From a virus: a stretch of 64,000 nt of DNA. Below, in pieces: positions 50,051 to 58,547 of this stretch. A program made the position numbers and the translations under genes. The notes beneath the pieces are model-generated. The model worked only from the letters and a program-made list of their open reading frames with translations. It did no database searches and was not told the DNA's origin. Numbering within the stretch: the first letter of the stretch is position 1; each line of letters begins with the position of its first letter. The DNA is taken from IMG/VR virus record IMGVR_UViG_3300042691_037350, positions 58,475 to 122,474 of that record, one strand, 5' to 3'.

Positions 50051-50756
50051 AATTATCTAGTTGAGCTAGAATTTTACCGATTATCGGATTTCTTACGATA
50101 TCAGAAAAATCTAATCTAGATATTCCTATTCCTTCTACATTGTTTAAAACATTAGTCATTGTATAAAAACCGCCCTGCATTTGTCTGTGCAGATCGGACT
50201 GACTAACATCTCCAGTTAATACCATTTTACTATCTGTACCAAGTCTGGTTAATAACATTTTAATTTGATCATAAGAAGCGTTCTGACACTCATCTGCAAC
50301 AATAAAAGCATTGTGAAAGTTACGACCTCTCATTAAACCAAGAGGCACTATTTCTATTTTATTATTAAGTTTAAGACTAGCGAATTGAGCAGAAGAGATA
50401 AAGTAGTTTACCTCATCCAGTAAAGGAAGTAGATATGGATGTAGTTTTTCCTCTGCTGTTCCTGGTAAGTATCCAATTTTTTCTCCTGACTCAACAACTG
50501 GTCTGGTGATAATAATTTTTTTAACCTTTTCGTCCAACAGATATTCTAAAGCCATACCTATCGCTATGTGTGTTTTACCGCTACCAGCAACACCATGACA
50601 AAACGTAATACAGTTTTCAGCTATGGTTCTAATATAATCTTTTTGATTTTCACTCCTTGGTTTTAATCTATTTCGGTATGTTGAAGCAACTTGAATTGGT
50701 TCATTTGTTAAATCTATAACTTTAGACCTTTTCTTAGAATTTTTATTTTTTCTCAA
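50025..50756 (-). CDS. phoH: PhoH-family ATPase
   Basis: GVAGSGKT, TRPVVESGEKIGYLPG, MRGR, DECQN, TGDVSQSD, DIVR. Confidence 0.95.
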   Translation of the reverse strand: MRKNKNSKKRSKVIDLTNEPIQVASTYRNRLKPRSENQKDYIRTIAENCITFCHGVAGSGKTHIAIGMALEYLLDEKVKKIIITRPVVESGEKIGYLPGTAEEKLHPYLLPLLDEVNYFISSAQFASLKLNNKIEIVPLGLMRGRNFHNAFIVADECQNASYDQIKMLLTRLGTDSKMVLTGDVSQSDLHRQMQGGFYTMTNVLNNVEGIGISRLDFSDIVRNPIIGKILAQLDNFEQNEISK

Positions 50757-50778
50757 GTTTTACCCTTTTATGAATAAG

Positions 50779-52971
50779 TTAAATTAGACAAGCGCCACCA
50801 GCGCAACTAATTTCTTCTATTCCCGTCGTATTATCTTCTGTTTCCGATAGTTGCGTATAATCAACCTTGGAAAAACTATTGAACAAATCGCAATAGAGTT
50901 TCCAATTATAGACATCTTTCATACAATATGTTAGTCTCCTAACATCACCGTCAAAATATTTGCCAGCAAAATTTTTCATTTTTGTAACAAACTTGAGTTT
51001 TGCTTCATCGTGATCTTTATGTGCTTGGTTAAGAATAACATAGTCACAAGCCGCCCATAGATTATTCTCAAATGCATTTAGTGCTAGTTCAATTAATCCT
51101 GAGCACCATAGTGCCGCATCTCCGTATTCTTTAACTATTTCACGACTTGTATATACTGTAGTAAATGGAGCTTGAGGATAGTCTTTATCTCCACTTTGAG
51201 GTATCAGAGATATCCCAGCAAAATATTTACGATTATCATAAATATACTTAGTAACATCGTCCCACTCATCTGATTTGACTGTGACGGTATTACTAACATT
51301 ATGACTTAAATAGTCTTGTGTACATAATGATCTATTTTTGCCAGAATGAACCCAATTTTTTTGAGTTTCTTTTACAATAGCTAACATTTCTACTGCTGGT
51401 AATTGATTTTTTAATTTAGCACCATCCTGTACTTCTATCGGGAACTTTATTACTTCGTCAGTATCATTGGCAGACCAAGATGACTTCTCGCAAGCCTGCG
51501 GGTTTGATTTCTTGAAGTGTTGGTAAGGTGCTTCTAAAACATTGGCCTGTACATGCCTTATATATCGTTTAGCGTGATGTGGGTGGATACCTGAGCTGGT
51601 TCCTAACATACTACTACTAGTGCCTTCCGGCTTTAAACAGGTGACTCTTGCCGCTTGATTAATTTTGATTTTTTCGGCTATTTTCTTATTGGTTTCGACT
51701 GCAATTTTAGCACCTCTGGTTAAAACCTTTTCTGTAAGAACTAAATCATGTTTTTCCATGGTTCCTGTAAGAGACACACCCAATAAGGCTTCCCTTTCAA
51801 AAATCTTTTCACTGATTGGTCCTAAATATTCTAGTTTGGTAAAACCAGCCTGTAGTGTGCCAATAATTGCTGCTGCTTTGCATCTTTCATAGAAATCATC
51901 CTCATCAACAACGCTTGAACAATTAATAGTAGATAGGTTGCATCCCTGCCATCCGCTTTTGCCACTTTCTTCATCAACGGGCCACATACCTATTTCTACA
52001 CATGGATTGAAAATCATTTCTGTAGATTCACTCCAAATGAATCCTGGTTCACCAAATTCTTTAACTGATTGCATAAGAACCTGAAACTGCTCGAATGTTG
52101 TTTCATTTTTTAATAGAAGTGCAGAATTATTGCTTCTTGCTCTTTGTGGATTTTCTACATACCAATTACCAGTCTTAGCTTTAGCCATATCTTCATCATC
52201 TGGACTAAACAATGCTAGACTAGCAGAACGCCTAACGCCGCCACTTAAAACGGCATCGCTACTATGCATCACAATATCGTATGCGTCTATTGGTCTTAAT
52301 TTTTTTTGTCCATTCGCAATACAACGATCCAGTAATGCTCTGATCTTTTCCAATCCTTTTTGTAAAGGCTCAAAACCTGGAGCTTTTCCAACGCCAGAAC
52401 TTAATGAGGATCCTTTGTGACGAATGTTCGAATAATCAAAAATTACATGACAATTTTTGTAGTTTTTGAATTCCTCGATTGGTTTACTAAAGTAAGAACT
52501 AAGTAGTACTCCAAGAGCATTTGCCCAGCCCTCGATACTGTCATCTACTACGTATTTGACACCAACACCTTCTTCTACATTGTGTTCAAAAGTTGGCAAC
52601 TTAGCAACATGTTGTTTTTGAACGCTGAATCCAGTACCACTACCGCATAATAATAGCCAAAAACACTCTTGAAAAAACCTAAGCCTATCGCAGTATGAAC
52701 TGGTGCAATTATATATTTTTGCGTGTCTTTTAAGAATTGGATCTCCACCAAACTGCAATGCTCTTTGACTACCGAGCACTTTTTTCTTGTACATCATATC
52801 ATATGCCCAATCTATATCCTGGGCTATGCCATAGTCAGCGTATTTTGTATGCATCATTTGCTTCACTCTTTCAACCGCTTCTTTCCAAGTCTCTCGTCTG
52901 TTTTTGTCTTCCATCCAGCGAGCATATTTACTAACGAAGGTATAATTTTGAAGCTCTTGCAATGCTGACAT
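50779..52971 (-). CDS. nrdJ: Class II (adenosylcobalamin-dependent) ribonucleotide reductase, monomeric RTPR type
   Basis: SKYARW...RRETW, YNCTS, GGVRRSA, NPCVE, GCNL, KPEGTSS, C-terminal CAGGAC. AGGAG Shine-Dalgarno. No NrdB nearby. Confidence 0.9.
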   Translation of the reverse strand: MSALQELQNYTFVSKYARWMEDKNRRETWKEAVERVKQMMHTKYADYGIAQDIDWAYDMMYKKKVLGSQRALQFGGDPILKRHAKIYNCTSSYCDRLRFFQECFWLLLCGSGTGFSVQKQHVAKLPTFEHNVEEGVGVKYVVDDSIEGWANALGVLLSSYFSKPIEEFKNYKNCHVIFDYSNIRHKGSSLSSGVGKAPGFEPLQKGLEKIRALLDRCIANGQKKLRPIDAYDIVMHSSDAVLSGGVRRSASLALFSPDDEDMAKAKTGNWYVENPQRARSNNSALLLKNETTFEQFQVLMQSVKEFGEPGFIWSESTEMIFNPCVEIGMWPVDEESGKSGWQGCNLSTINCSSVVDEDDFYERCKAAAIIGTLQAGFTKLEYLGPISEKIFEREALLGVSLTGTMEKHDLVLTEKVLTRGAKIAVETNKKIAEKIKINQAARVTCLKPEGTSSSMLGTSSGIHPHHAKRYIRHVQANVLEAPYQHFKKSNPQACEKSSWSANDTDEVIKFPIEVQDGAKLKNQLPAVEMLAIVKETQKNWVHSGKNRSLCTQDYLSHNVSNTVTVKSDEWDDVTKYIYDNRKYFAGISLIPQSGDKDYPQAPFTTVYTSREIVKEYGDAALWCSGLIELALNAFENNLWAACDYVILNQAHKDHDEAKLKFVTKMKNFAGKYFDGDVRRLTYCMKDVYNWKLYCDLFNSFSKVDYTQLSETEDNTTGIEEISCAGGACLI

Positions 52972-53009
52972 AATAAATTTTATCTCCTAGATGTTGTAAA
53001 TATACACTA

Positions 53010-53708
53010 TTATAGTTGGTTAATATCAAAATTTAAATTAGGAAAATCTGACCTAAGAGAACGATTGACTACATTATCAAGTTCAACCGAAATAATTTTT
53101 GTAGGCCGATTTAAAAAATTTCTTATAATATTTGCTAAGTCATATTTGGAATATGTGGTGTTACCAAACAAATAATATAATCCATTACTATTGTTTTGAA
53201 TAAGTTTTTTTGTTTCATGAGCGACTTGTTTCGCTGTGAGTCCATTCCAGTAATAGTTACTATAACCTGTAAATTCTTCTACGCAAGAAAGTTTTTGTAC
53301 AAGCTGACTTCTTATATCTAAAAATGATGTTCGTATAACTAGAATATTTGATTCTCTTAATAAGTATTTGGAGGCTATGCTTTTACTTAGTCCATACTCA
53401 TCTGTGGGATCATGAGGATCTTTTTTTGTATATTGTAGACCAATGGTTTTATCCCCAGAAAAGACAGCATCTGTGCAAAAATGTATTAATTGTTTGGTGT
53501 TTTCTTTCAAAAAACAAGGCAAGTCAATATTAATTGTTTTATTTCCTTGTTTGTCTACTATACAATTAATGATTGTACGATACTGTTTATTGATAATAAG
53601 ATTGACAAATTCTTCTGATGGAAATCTGAATAATGTTGTATCGCAATCAATGATAGACTGTATTCTTTTACCCAAAATACCATTATGGCCTAATAGTAAT
53701 GGTTTCAT
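53010..53708 (-). CDS. NDP-4-keto-6-deoxyhexose reductase (RmlD-like SDR)
   Basis: LLGHNGILG, HFCTDAVFSG, YGLSK, IRTS. Confidence 0.75.
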   Translation of the reverse strand: MKPLLLGHNGILGKRIQSIIDCDTTLFRFPSEEFVNLIINKQYRTIINCIVDKQGNKTINIDLPCFLKENTKQLIHFCTDAVFSGDKTIGLQYTKKDPHDPTDEYGLSKSIASKYLLRESNILVIRTSFLDIRSQLVQKLSCVEEFTGYSNYYWNGLTAKQVAHETKKLIQNNSNGLYYLFGNTTYSKYDLANIIRNFLNRPTKIISVELDNVVNRSLRSDFPNLNFDINQL

Positions 53709-54625
53709 ATCAGGTATAATTTTTTTAAGTATTTAAATAGTTCGTCTTTGGATATAACGTGGTCTTTACTGGAGTACGTTTTAAAAACTGCTGGCTTATC
53801 TGATATCTTATTAGGACTAATCAATATATAGTTATCCTTAATAGTTGTTCTTGGCGACTCTTCGCTACCTATCATAAGTTCATGAATTTTTTCGCCCACT
53901 CTTGGATGAGAAGTAATATATTCTAAGCCATGATGTTCTTTATATATATCAAATAAATCTTTAACCAAAAAAGATTTTAATTGTGGAACCACAACAGCAT
54001 TAGAAGCATTAAGTAAACTATATTGAACTAAATCAACTGCTTCCGATTCCGTAATCATAAACCTAGTCATAGTATCAGAATAAAGAGTGAGTACGTTTTT
54101 ATTAGCTATGCTATGTTTTATTAGTGGAATAATAGACCCTGTCGAGTTAGTTACATTGCCATATCTACAAGCAGACAACATAACGTCCGAAGTATTAACT
54201 ATAAAAGATTGTTCAGCCGTGTATTTGCATGATCCGTATATCGTTGTGGCCTCGCAGGCTTTGTCTGTAGATATAAAGCATGCAGATTCAAAATTATTAT
54301 CTTCTGCCGCAATCCTAGAATTGATAGATCCAATACATATAGTATTAATGGCTTCTATAGGATTTTCATCACAAGCAGAAATTTGTTTAAGACTTGCTGT
54401 AAAAATTCCCATATTGTGATTTTTGGTAGATCTTATTAGTCTATCTTTATCTGTGATAGTTCCTACTATGCAATTAATATTTGGATACTCTTTTTTAAGA
54501 AAGTAGTGTTTAGCTTCGTCTCTACTATAAATTGTGATATCATTATAGTTATATAAATTTTTAATTAGAGCTTTTCCTAAAAAACCAGCCCCACCAGTGA
54601 TAAATATTTTTTTATTTATGATCAT
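53705..54625 (-). CDS. UDP-GlcNAc 4,6-dehydratase family (PseB/FlaA1/CapD-like)
   Basis: TGGAGFLG, YSRDEAK, STDKA, YGSCK, RYGNV...GSIIP, MTRF, GEKIHE. Confidence 0.88.
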   Translation of the reverse strand: MIINKKIFITGGAGFLGKALIKNLYNYNDITIYSRDEAKHYFLKKEYPNINCIVGTITDKDRLIRSTKNHNMGIFTASLKQISACDENPIEAINTICIGSINSRIAAEDNNFESACFISTDKACEATTIYGSCKYTAEQSFIVNTSDVMLSACRYGNVTNSTGSIIPLIKHSIANKNVLTLYSDTMTRFMITESEAVDLVQYSLLNASNAVVVPQLKSFLVKDLFDIYKEHHGLEYITSHPRVGEKIHELMIGSEESPRTTIKDNYILISPNKISDKPAVFKTYSSKDHVISKDELFKYLKKLYLI

Positions 54626-55839
54626 ATAATTTTAATTTCTGGCAATGGTATTATCCATTTACAATTTAGAGAGGAGTGTTTATTGTAGATTTCATTAAAA
54701 AAAGTATAAGCTAAACACAAAATATAGTCTGGTTGAGATTCATATAAAAAGCTTGAGGGCTTAATAGGAATCAACCCGCTGGATGTATATTTACCTATTT
54801 TAAGAGGAGAGTCGTCTACTATATATGAAATTTTGTCATTATCTAGTTCATATAGAGACAAAAAAGTTTGCGCTTGACCAGATGCTCCGTAAGCAACTAT
54901 GGTTTGATTATTAGATAAAATATTTTTTATAGTAAGATTAATAGTTTCTTTCATACTATATATTGTTTTAGTAAAATTAATAAAAGTTTCAAAATTATAT
55001 AATTCTAAATTTTCTTCTGCGTATCTTAATAAGAGCACAGATTTGTCTATTGATCTGGCTCCTTTTTTACAACAATAGTATCGTATACTACCTCCATGAG
55101 TAGATATGTGTTCTACTTTAAAAATTTCTATATTATATAATTCTAATAAATAAGATAAACTTTTATAGGAATAATAAAATACATGTTCATGATAAATGAA
55201 TGGAAATTGTAGGTCTTTAATTAGGGTGCCTAGCCAATGTACCTCAGTAATAAAAATAGATTCCTTAGATGTTAATAAAAAAGAAATACCTTCTACAATA
55301 TCTTTTATTGTGGGGATGTGAGCGAAACAATTGCTTGCATAAATAATTTCAATATTTTTATATTTTTCAACAATTTGTTTAGCTAAATTTGCACTAAAAA
55401 AAGTATTATAGAGTTCTATATTGGAATGTTCTTTGGTTGCTTTCAGGGCTACATCGCTTGGGTCTACACCAATTGTATTTTTGTTAGCGAAATTTTTTAG
55501 AAACGTACCATCATTACAACCAATCTCTAAAATTGTATTGAAAGTATAGTGTTGTTGTAAATTTTGTGAGAAGTTTTCAAAGTGGTTTTTAAGAGTACTA
55601 ATAGTTCCTGTTTTATACATGTAATTATCAAATAATACATGGGGGTCTATTTCTTCTTCGACTTGAACAAGAGTACATCGGTCACAGAAACATAAAGATA
55701 AAGGATATGATATAGCATTGTCCTTTTTTTCTGCTAAGAACAATCCAGCTAATGGCATGTGAAAACGTAAGAATGGTTTTATTGTATTGTTACAACTTTT
55801 ACACGAAGCCATTATTGTTTTATCTCCATTCATATACAT
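54622..55839 (-). CDS. NDP-sugar C-methyltransferase (TylC3/NovU/TcaB9-like)
   Basis: N-terminal Zn site CKSC...CDRC, EIGCNDG, NCFAH, YHEH, HGGSIR, YGASG, DDSPLKIGKY. Confidence 0.88.
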   Translation of the reverse strand: MYMNGDKTIMASCKSCNNTIKPFLRFHMPLAGLFLAEKKDNAISYPLSLCFCDRCTLVQVEEEIDPHVLFDNYMYKTGTISTLKNHFENFSQNLQQHYTFNTILEIGCNDGTFLKNFANKNTIGVDPSDVALKATKEHSNIELYNTFFSANLAKQIVEKYKNIEIIYASNCFAHIPTIKDIVEGISFLLTSKESIFITEVHWLGTLIKDLQFPFIYHEHVFYYSYKSLSYLLELYNIEIFKVEHISTHGGSIRYYCCKKGARSIDKSVLLLRYAEENLELYNFETFINFTKTIYSMKETINLTIKNILSNNQTIVAYGASGQAQTFLSLYELDNDKISYIVDDSPLKIGKYTSSGLIPIKPSSFLYESQPDYILCLAYTFFNEIYNKHSSLNCKWIIPLPEIKII

Positions 55840-55873
55840 ATAATCATTAACAACTAATATAATGATTAGCTAG

Positions 55874-56572
55874 TTAGTTTTTAATAATAAAACAACCAGG
55901 AGGTAGCCCCGTCTCGTCGTGTGTATACCTCTCCCCTATTTGTAAAATACTATTTGTCACAGGATGATAAACAGACAAGGGTAAATTGCGCTCTGTAAAA
56001 AATGTTTTTATAGCATCAACGGTTTCTCTGAGTCCAGAATCGTCAAATACAATATATCCACCAGATACTACTTTGTCATATAAATTATTTAATACTTCTA
56101 ATACTGCCGAATAAGAGTCAACATCGATCCTGAGTAAAGATATTGTATTTATATTAATATTGGGTGTTGAATCCCTAACAAAACCTTTAATGATAGAAAT
56201 TCTTCCTGATTGTATATCAGATTCTAGTCCGTATCTATGAAAGTTGTGTACAACAATATCATATGGCACAGCTATTTGACCAACCATATTGTGAGTGAAG
56301 CTTGGAACATGTCTCTCTAGTCCACCATATTCGTAATGAGCGTCTTTGATATCTTGAAACCCTTCAAAAGAATCCAAAACCCATATTTTTTTATGCGGAA
56401 AAAGTTTTGATAGAAAAATAGAGAAGCCCCCTCGCCAGCATCCGCACTCTATAACATCCCCCTCTATCTTGTCTAAAGTGTCTTTATGTGTTAATATAGT
56501 GGTAAAGTTGTCTTTATGCACCATAGAGACTGTGTTTGATATAATATCTTCTACTAAATCATTAATATTCAT
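55874..56572 (-). CDS. TylF/MycF/NovP-family sugar O-methyltransferase
   Basis: EGDVIECGCWRGG, DSFEG, KGF, LLRIDVDSY, GGYIVFDD. Confidence 0.88.
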   Translation of the reverse strand: MNINDLVEDIISNTVSMVHKDNFTTILTHKDTLDKIEGDVIECGCWRGGFSIFLSKLFPHKKIWVLDSFEGFQDIKDAHYEYGGLERHVPSFTHNMVGQIAVPYDIVVHNFHRYGLESDIQSGRISIIKGFVRDSTPNININTISLLRIDVDSYSAVLEVLNNLYDKVVSGGYIVFDDSGLRETVDAIKTFFTERNLPLSVYHPVTNSILQIGERYTHDETGLPPGCFIIKN

Positions 56573-58047
56573 GATACGACATCTCCTATTTTTATTATTT
56601 TTTGTCTAAATTCAGCTAGAGACACGCCATATAACCGAGCAAAGTTATCCTGATTATGATTAGTTTGTCTATATTCTATTGGTAATTTATTATTAGTATA
56701 ACTAGATAAATGTAGCACAACGGACTTTGCAGACATTATGAATTTATATTGTTTACAAGAATTTTTCCATAGCTCATAGGGAAATGCGTCATCTCTGCCG
56801 TATCCGCTCAAAAAATTCATATTCCAATTTCCAGCATATCCGCCAACAGAAAGCACATCCTTAGACTTACATAATATTGGATGATTATATCCATATGTTA
56901 AAGATTGACGAGCATATTTTTGTTCGTTGTATCTTGTTAGGAAAAGATCAATAGTTTCATTATTAAAGGTGTTTAGATCAGCGTCAACAATGACAGAAGG
57001 ATTATTGGAATTGAAATACTCTACTAAGCCACAAGAAGCTGTGGCAGGATAGTGGGATTCTATAATAGATATTAGATCATCCAAAAAACCTGGATGAAAA
57101 ATCATATCATCATTAGTATTCATAAAATAATCACTACGCTCAATATATCCTTTTAGAAAATCTATAGCCAACGGTCCAGAATTTTCAGGATTATATATAA
57201 AAGGAATATTAAGTTTATGTAAATAATCTATAGATTCTCTGTCTCCTTCATTCAAAACAACAGCAATTCTATCTTTAGTAGTGTCAATTGATTTGATAAG
57301 AGAAGAAACACACCATTTTAATAATTGTGGATTATTCCAAGAACATAGGCCAATAAGGGTTCTACAGTAAGATATGGATATTGGGTGTTTTTTAGGCTTA
57401 GGTTTTTCAGTCTGTTTATTTGTAAATGTCTCATAATATTGGTTTTGAGCGCGCTGCCTTTCAATATCCTTATGATGTATAATAGCCAATAATTCATCTT
57501 CAACTATCGTACCATAATTAATATTCCCTTCTATTCTCTCGTGAACATCTCCAGCCCATTTTATTTTATCATTATTTTTATACAATCTAGGTTGAAAATC
57601 GGGCCAATTTACCCATCCCTTGTCGTTGATTTTCCAAGACCATCTCTGAATATCTTCGTCTGTTAATCCACTGACGGTATTAACTCTAGGAAATAAATAT
57701 AGATCTAAATTAGATTCATTAATAATTTGTCTAATAAGAGGAAAAGCTTCTTTTCTCATATTCTCATCAGCATCAAGATTGAAAATATATGTTTTTGTTG
57801 CTAACGAGTTCATGTGGTTTTTCAGATTACTGAAATTACCATCAAAATGATATAGGTGTTCAGGTATGTTTTTAGATCTTAGATAATCATTAATATCTTT
57901 GTACCATTGCTGTTCTTTTTCTATAGGGTCTTTATAAGTTTGTATAACCACAATTTCTTCATCATCTGTTTTTACTGAAACTAGATTATCTATTAAGTTT
58001 TTAATATAATCAATCTCATTATATACGGTTATACAATATGAAATCAT
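56569..58047 (-). CDS. Two-domain GT2 (GT-A fold) glycosyltransferase
   Basis: Domain 1: ISYCITVYNE, LDADE, WPDFQPRL, VHE. Domain 2: CSWNNPQLL, NDDM, VGGY...GRDD, HLSS. Confidence 0.85.
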   Translation of the reverse strand: MISYCITVYNEIDYIKNLIDNLVSVKTDDEEIVVIQTYKDPIEKEQQWYKDINDYLRSKNIPEHLYHFDGNFSNLKNHMNSLATKTYIFNLDADENMRKEAFPLIRQIINESNLDLYLFPRVNTVSGLTDEDIQRWSWKINDKGWVNWPDFQPRLYKNNDKIKWAGDVHERIEGNINYGTIVEDELLAIIHHKDIERQRAQNQYYETFTNKQTEKPKPKKHPISISYCRTLIGLCSWNNPQLLKWCVSSLIKSIDTTKDRIAVVLNEGDRESIDYLHKLNIPFIYNPENSGPLAIDFLKGYIERSDYFMNTNDDMIFHPGFLDDLISIIESHYPATASCGLVEYFNSNNPSVIVDADLNTFNNETIDLFLTRYNEQKYARQSLTYGYNHPILCKSKDVLSVGGYAGNWNMNFLSGYGRDDAFPYELWKNSCKQYKFIMSAKSVVLHLSSYTNNKLPIEYRQTNHNQDNFARLYGVSLAEFRQKIIKIGDVVS

Positions 58048-58505
58048 AAAGCTCTTTCTATCCAGGATAGGTCTGGTTGTAGGTAAGTAATCTGCATACC
58101 GCTCATTTTGATAAAAACATTAAATCTTTCTTGGTTTTCTGTGTCAAATAGATGTGTTCCGTGTCCTTCGGTCATATATACTTTTGTCACGCCTTCTTGC
58201 CACAGAGCCATTATGCAATCATTACAGCACTGTCCGGTTACATAAGCTATTCCATTGTCTGGTCTAATAACACAATTTGATAAAGCATTTCTTTCTGCAT
58301 GAATCATCCAAGGATACTTTTCTGGCCGAGTATTTGGTAATAATTTATCATCTAGTCCTTTGGGGAATCCATTATATCCAACACCAAGAATTCTGTGTTG
58401 AGTATCTGTGATAATACATCCGTGCTGAGTTTGTATATCATGGCTACGCAAAGATACTATGCGAGCTAACCCCAGAAAATATTCATGCCAAGATGGTCTA
58501 TTCAT
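58044..58505 (-). CDS. dCMP deaminase
   Basis: RPSWHEYF, GYNGFP, HAERNAL, CCNDC. Confidence 0.9.
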   Translation of the reverse strand: MNRPSWHEYFLGLARIVSLRSHDIQTQHGCIITDTQHRILGVGYNGFPKGLDDKLLPNTRPEKYPWMIHAERNALSNCVIRPDNGIAYVTGQCCNDCIMALWQEGVTKVYMTEGHGTHLFDTENQERFNVFIKMSGMQITYLQPDLSWIERAL

Positions 58506-58510
58506 GGCTT

Positions 58511-58538
58511 ATTATATAAATAAACAGAGACTTGGCAA
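58511..58538 (-). promoter_or_regulatory. Sigma70-type promoter, probably giving a leaderless transcript for dCMP deaminase and the sugar genes
   Basis: TTGCCA-N16-TATAAT, then only 5 nt (AAGCC) before the ATG. No Shine-Dalgarno. Confidence 0.65.
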
Positions 58539-58547
58539 GGTTCTTTT

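Noticed and set aside
55841-55868. 9-bp inverted repeat TAATCATTA...TAATGATTA between the two methyltransferase genes
   Set aside because: Almost all AT, a weak stem with no U-tract, and not noticed elsewhere. Could arise by chance.
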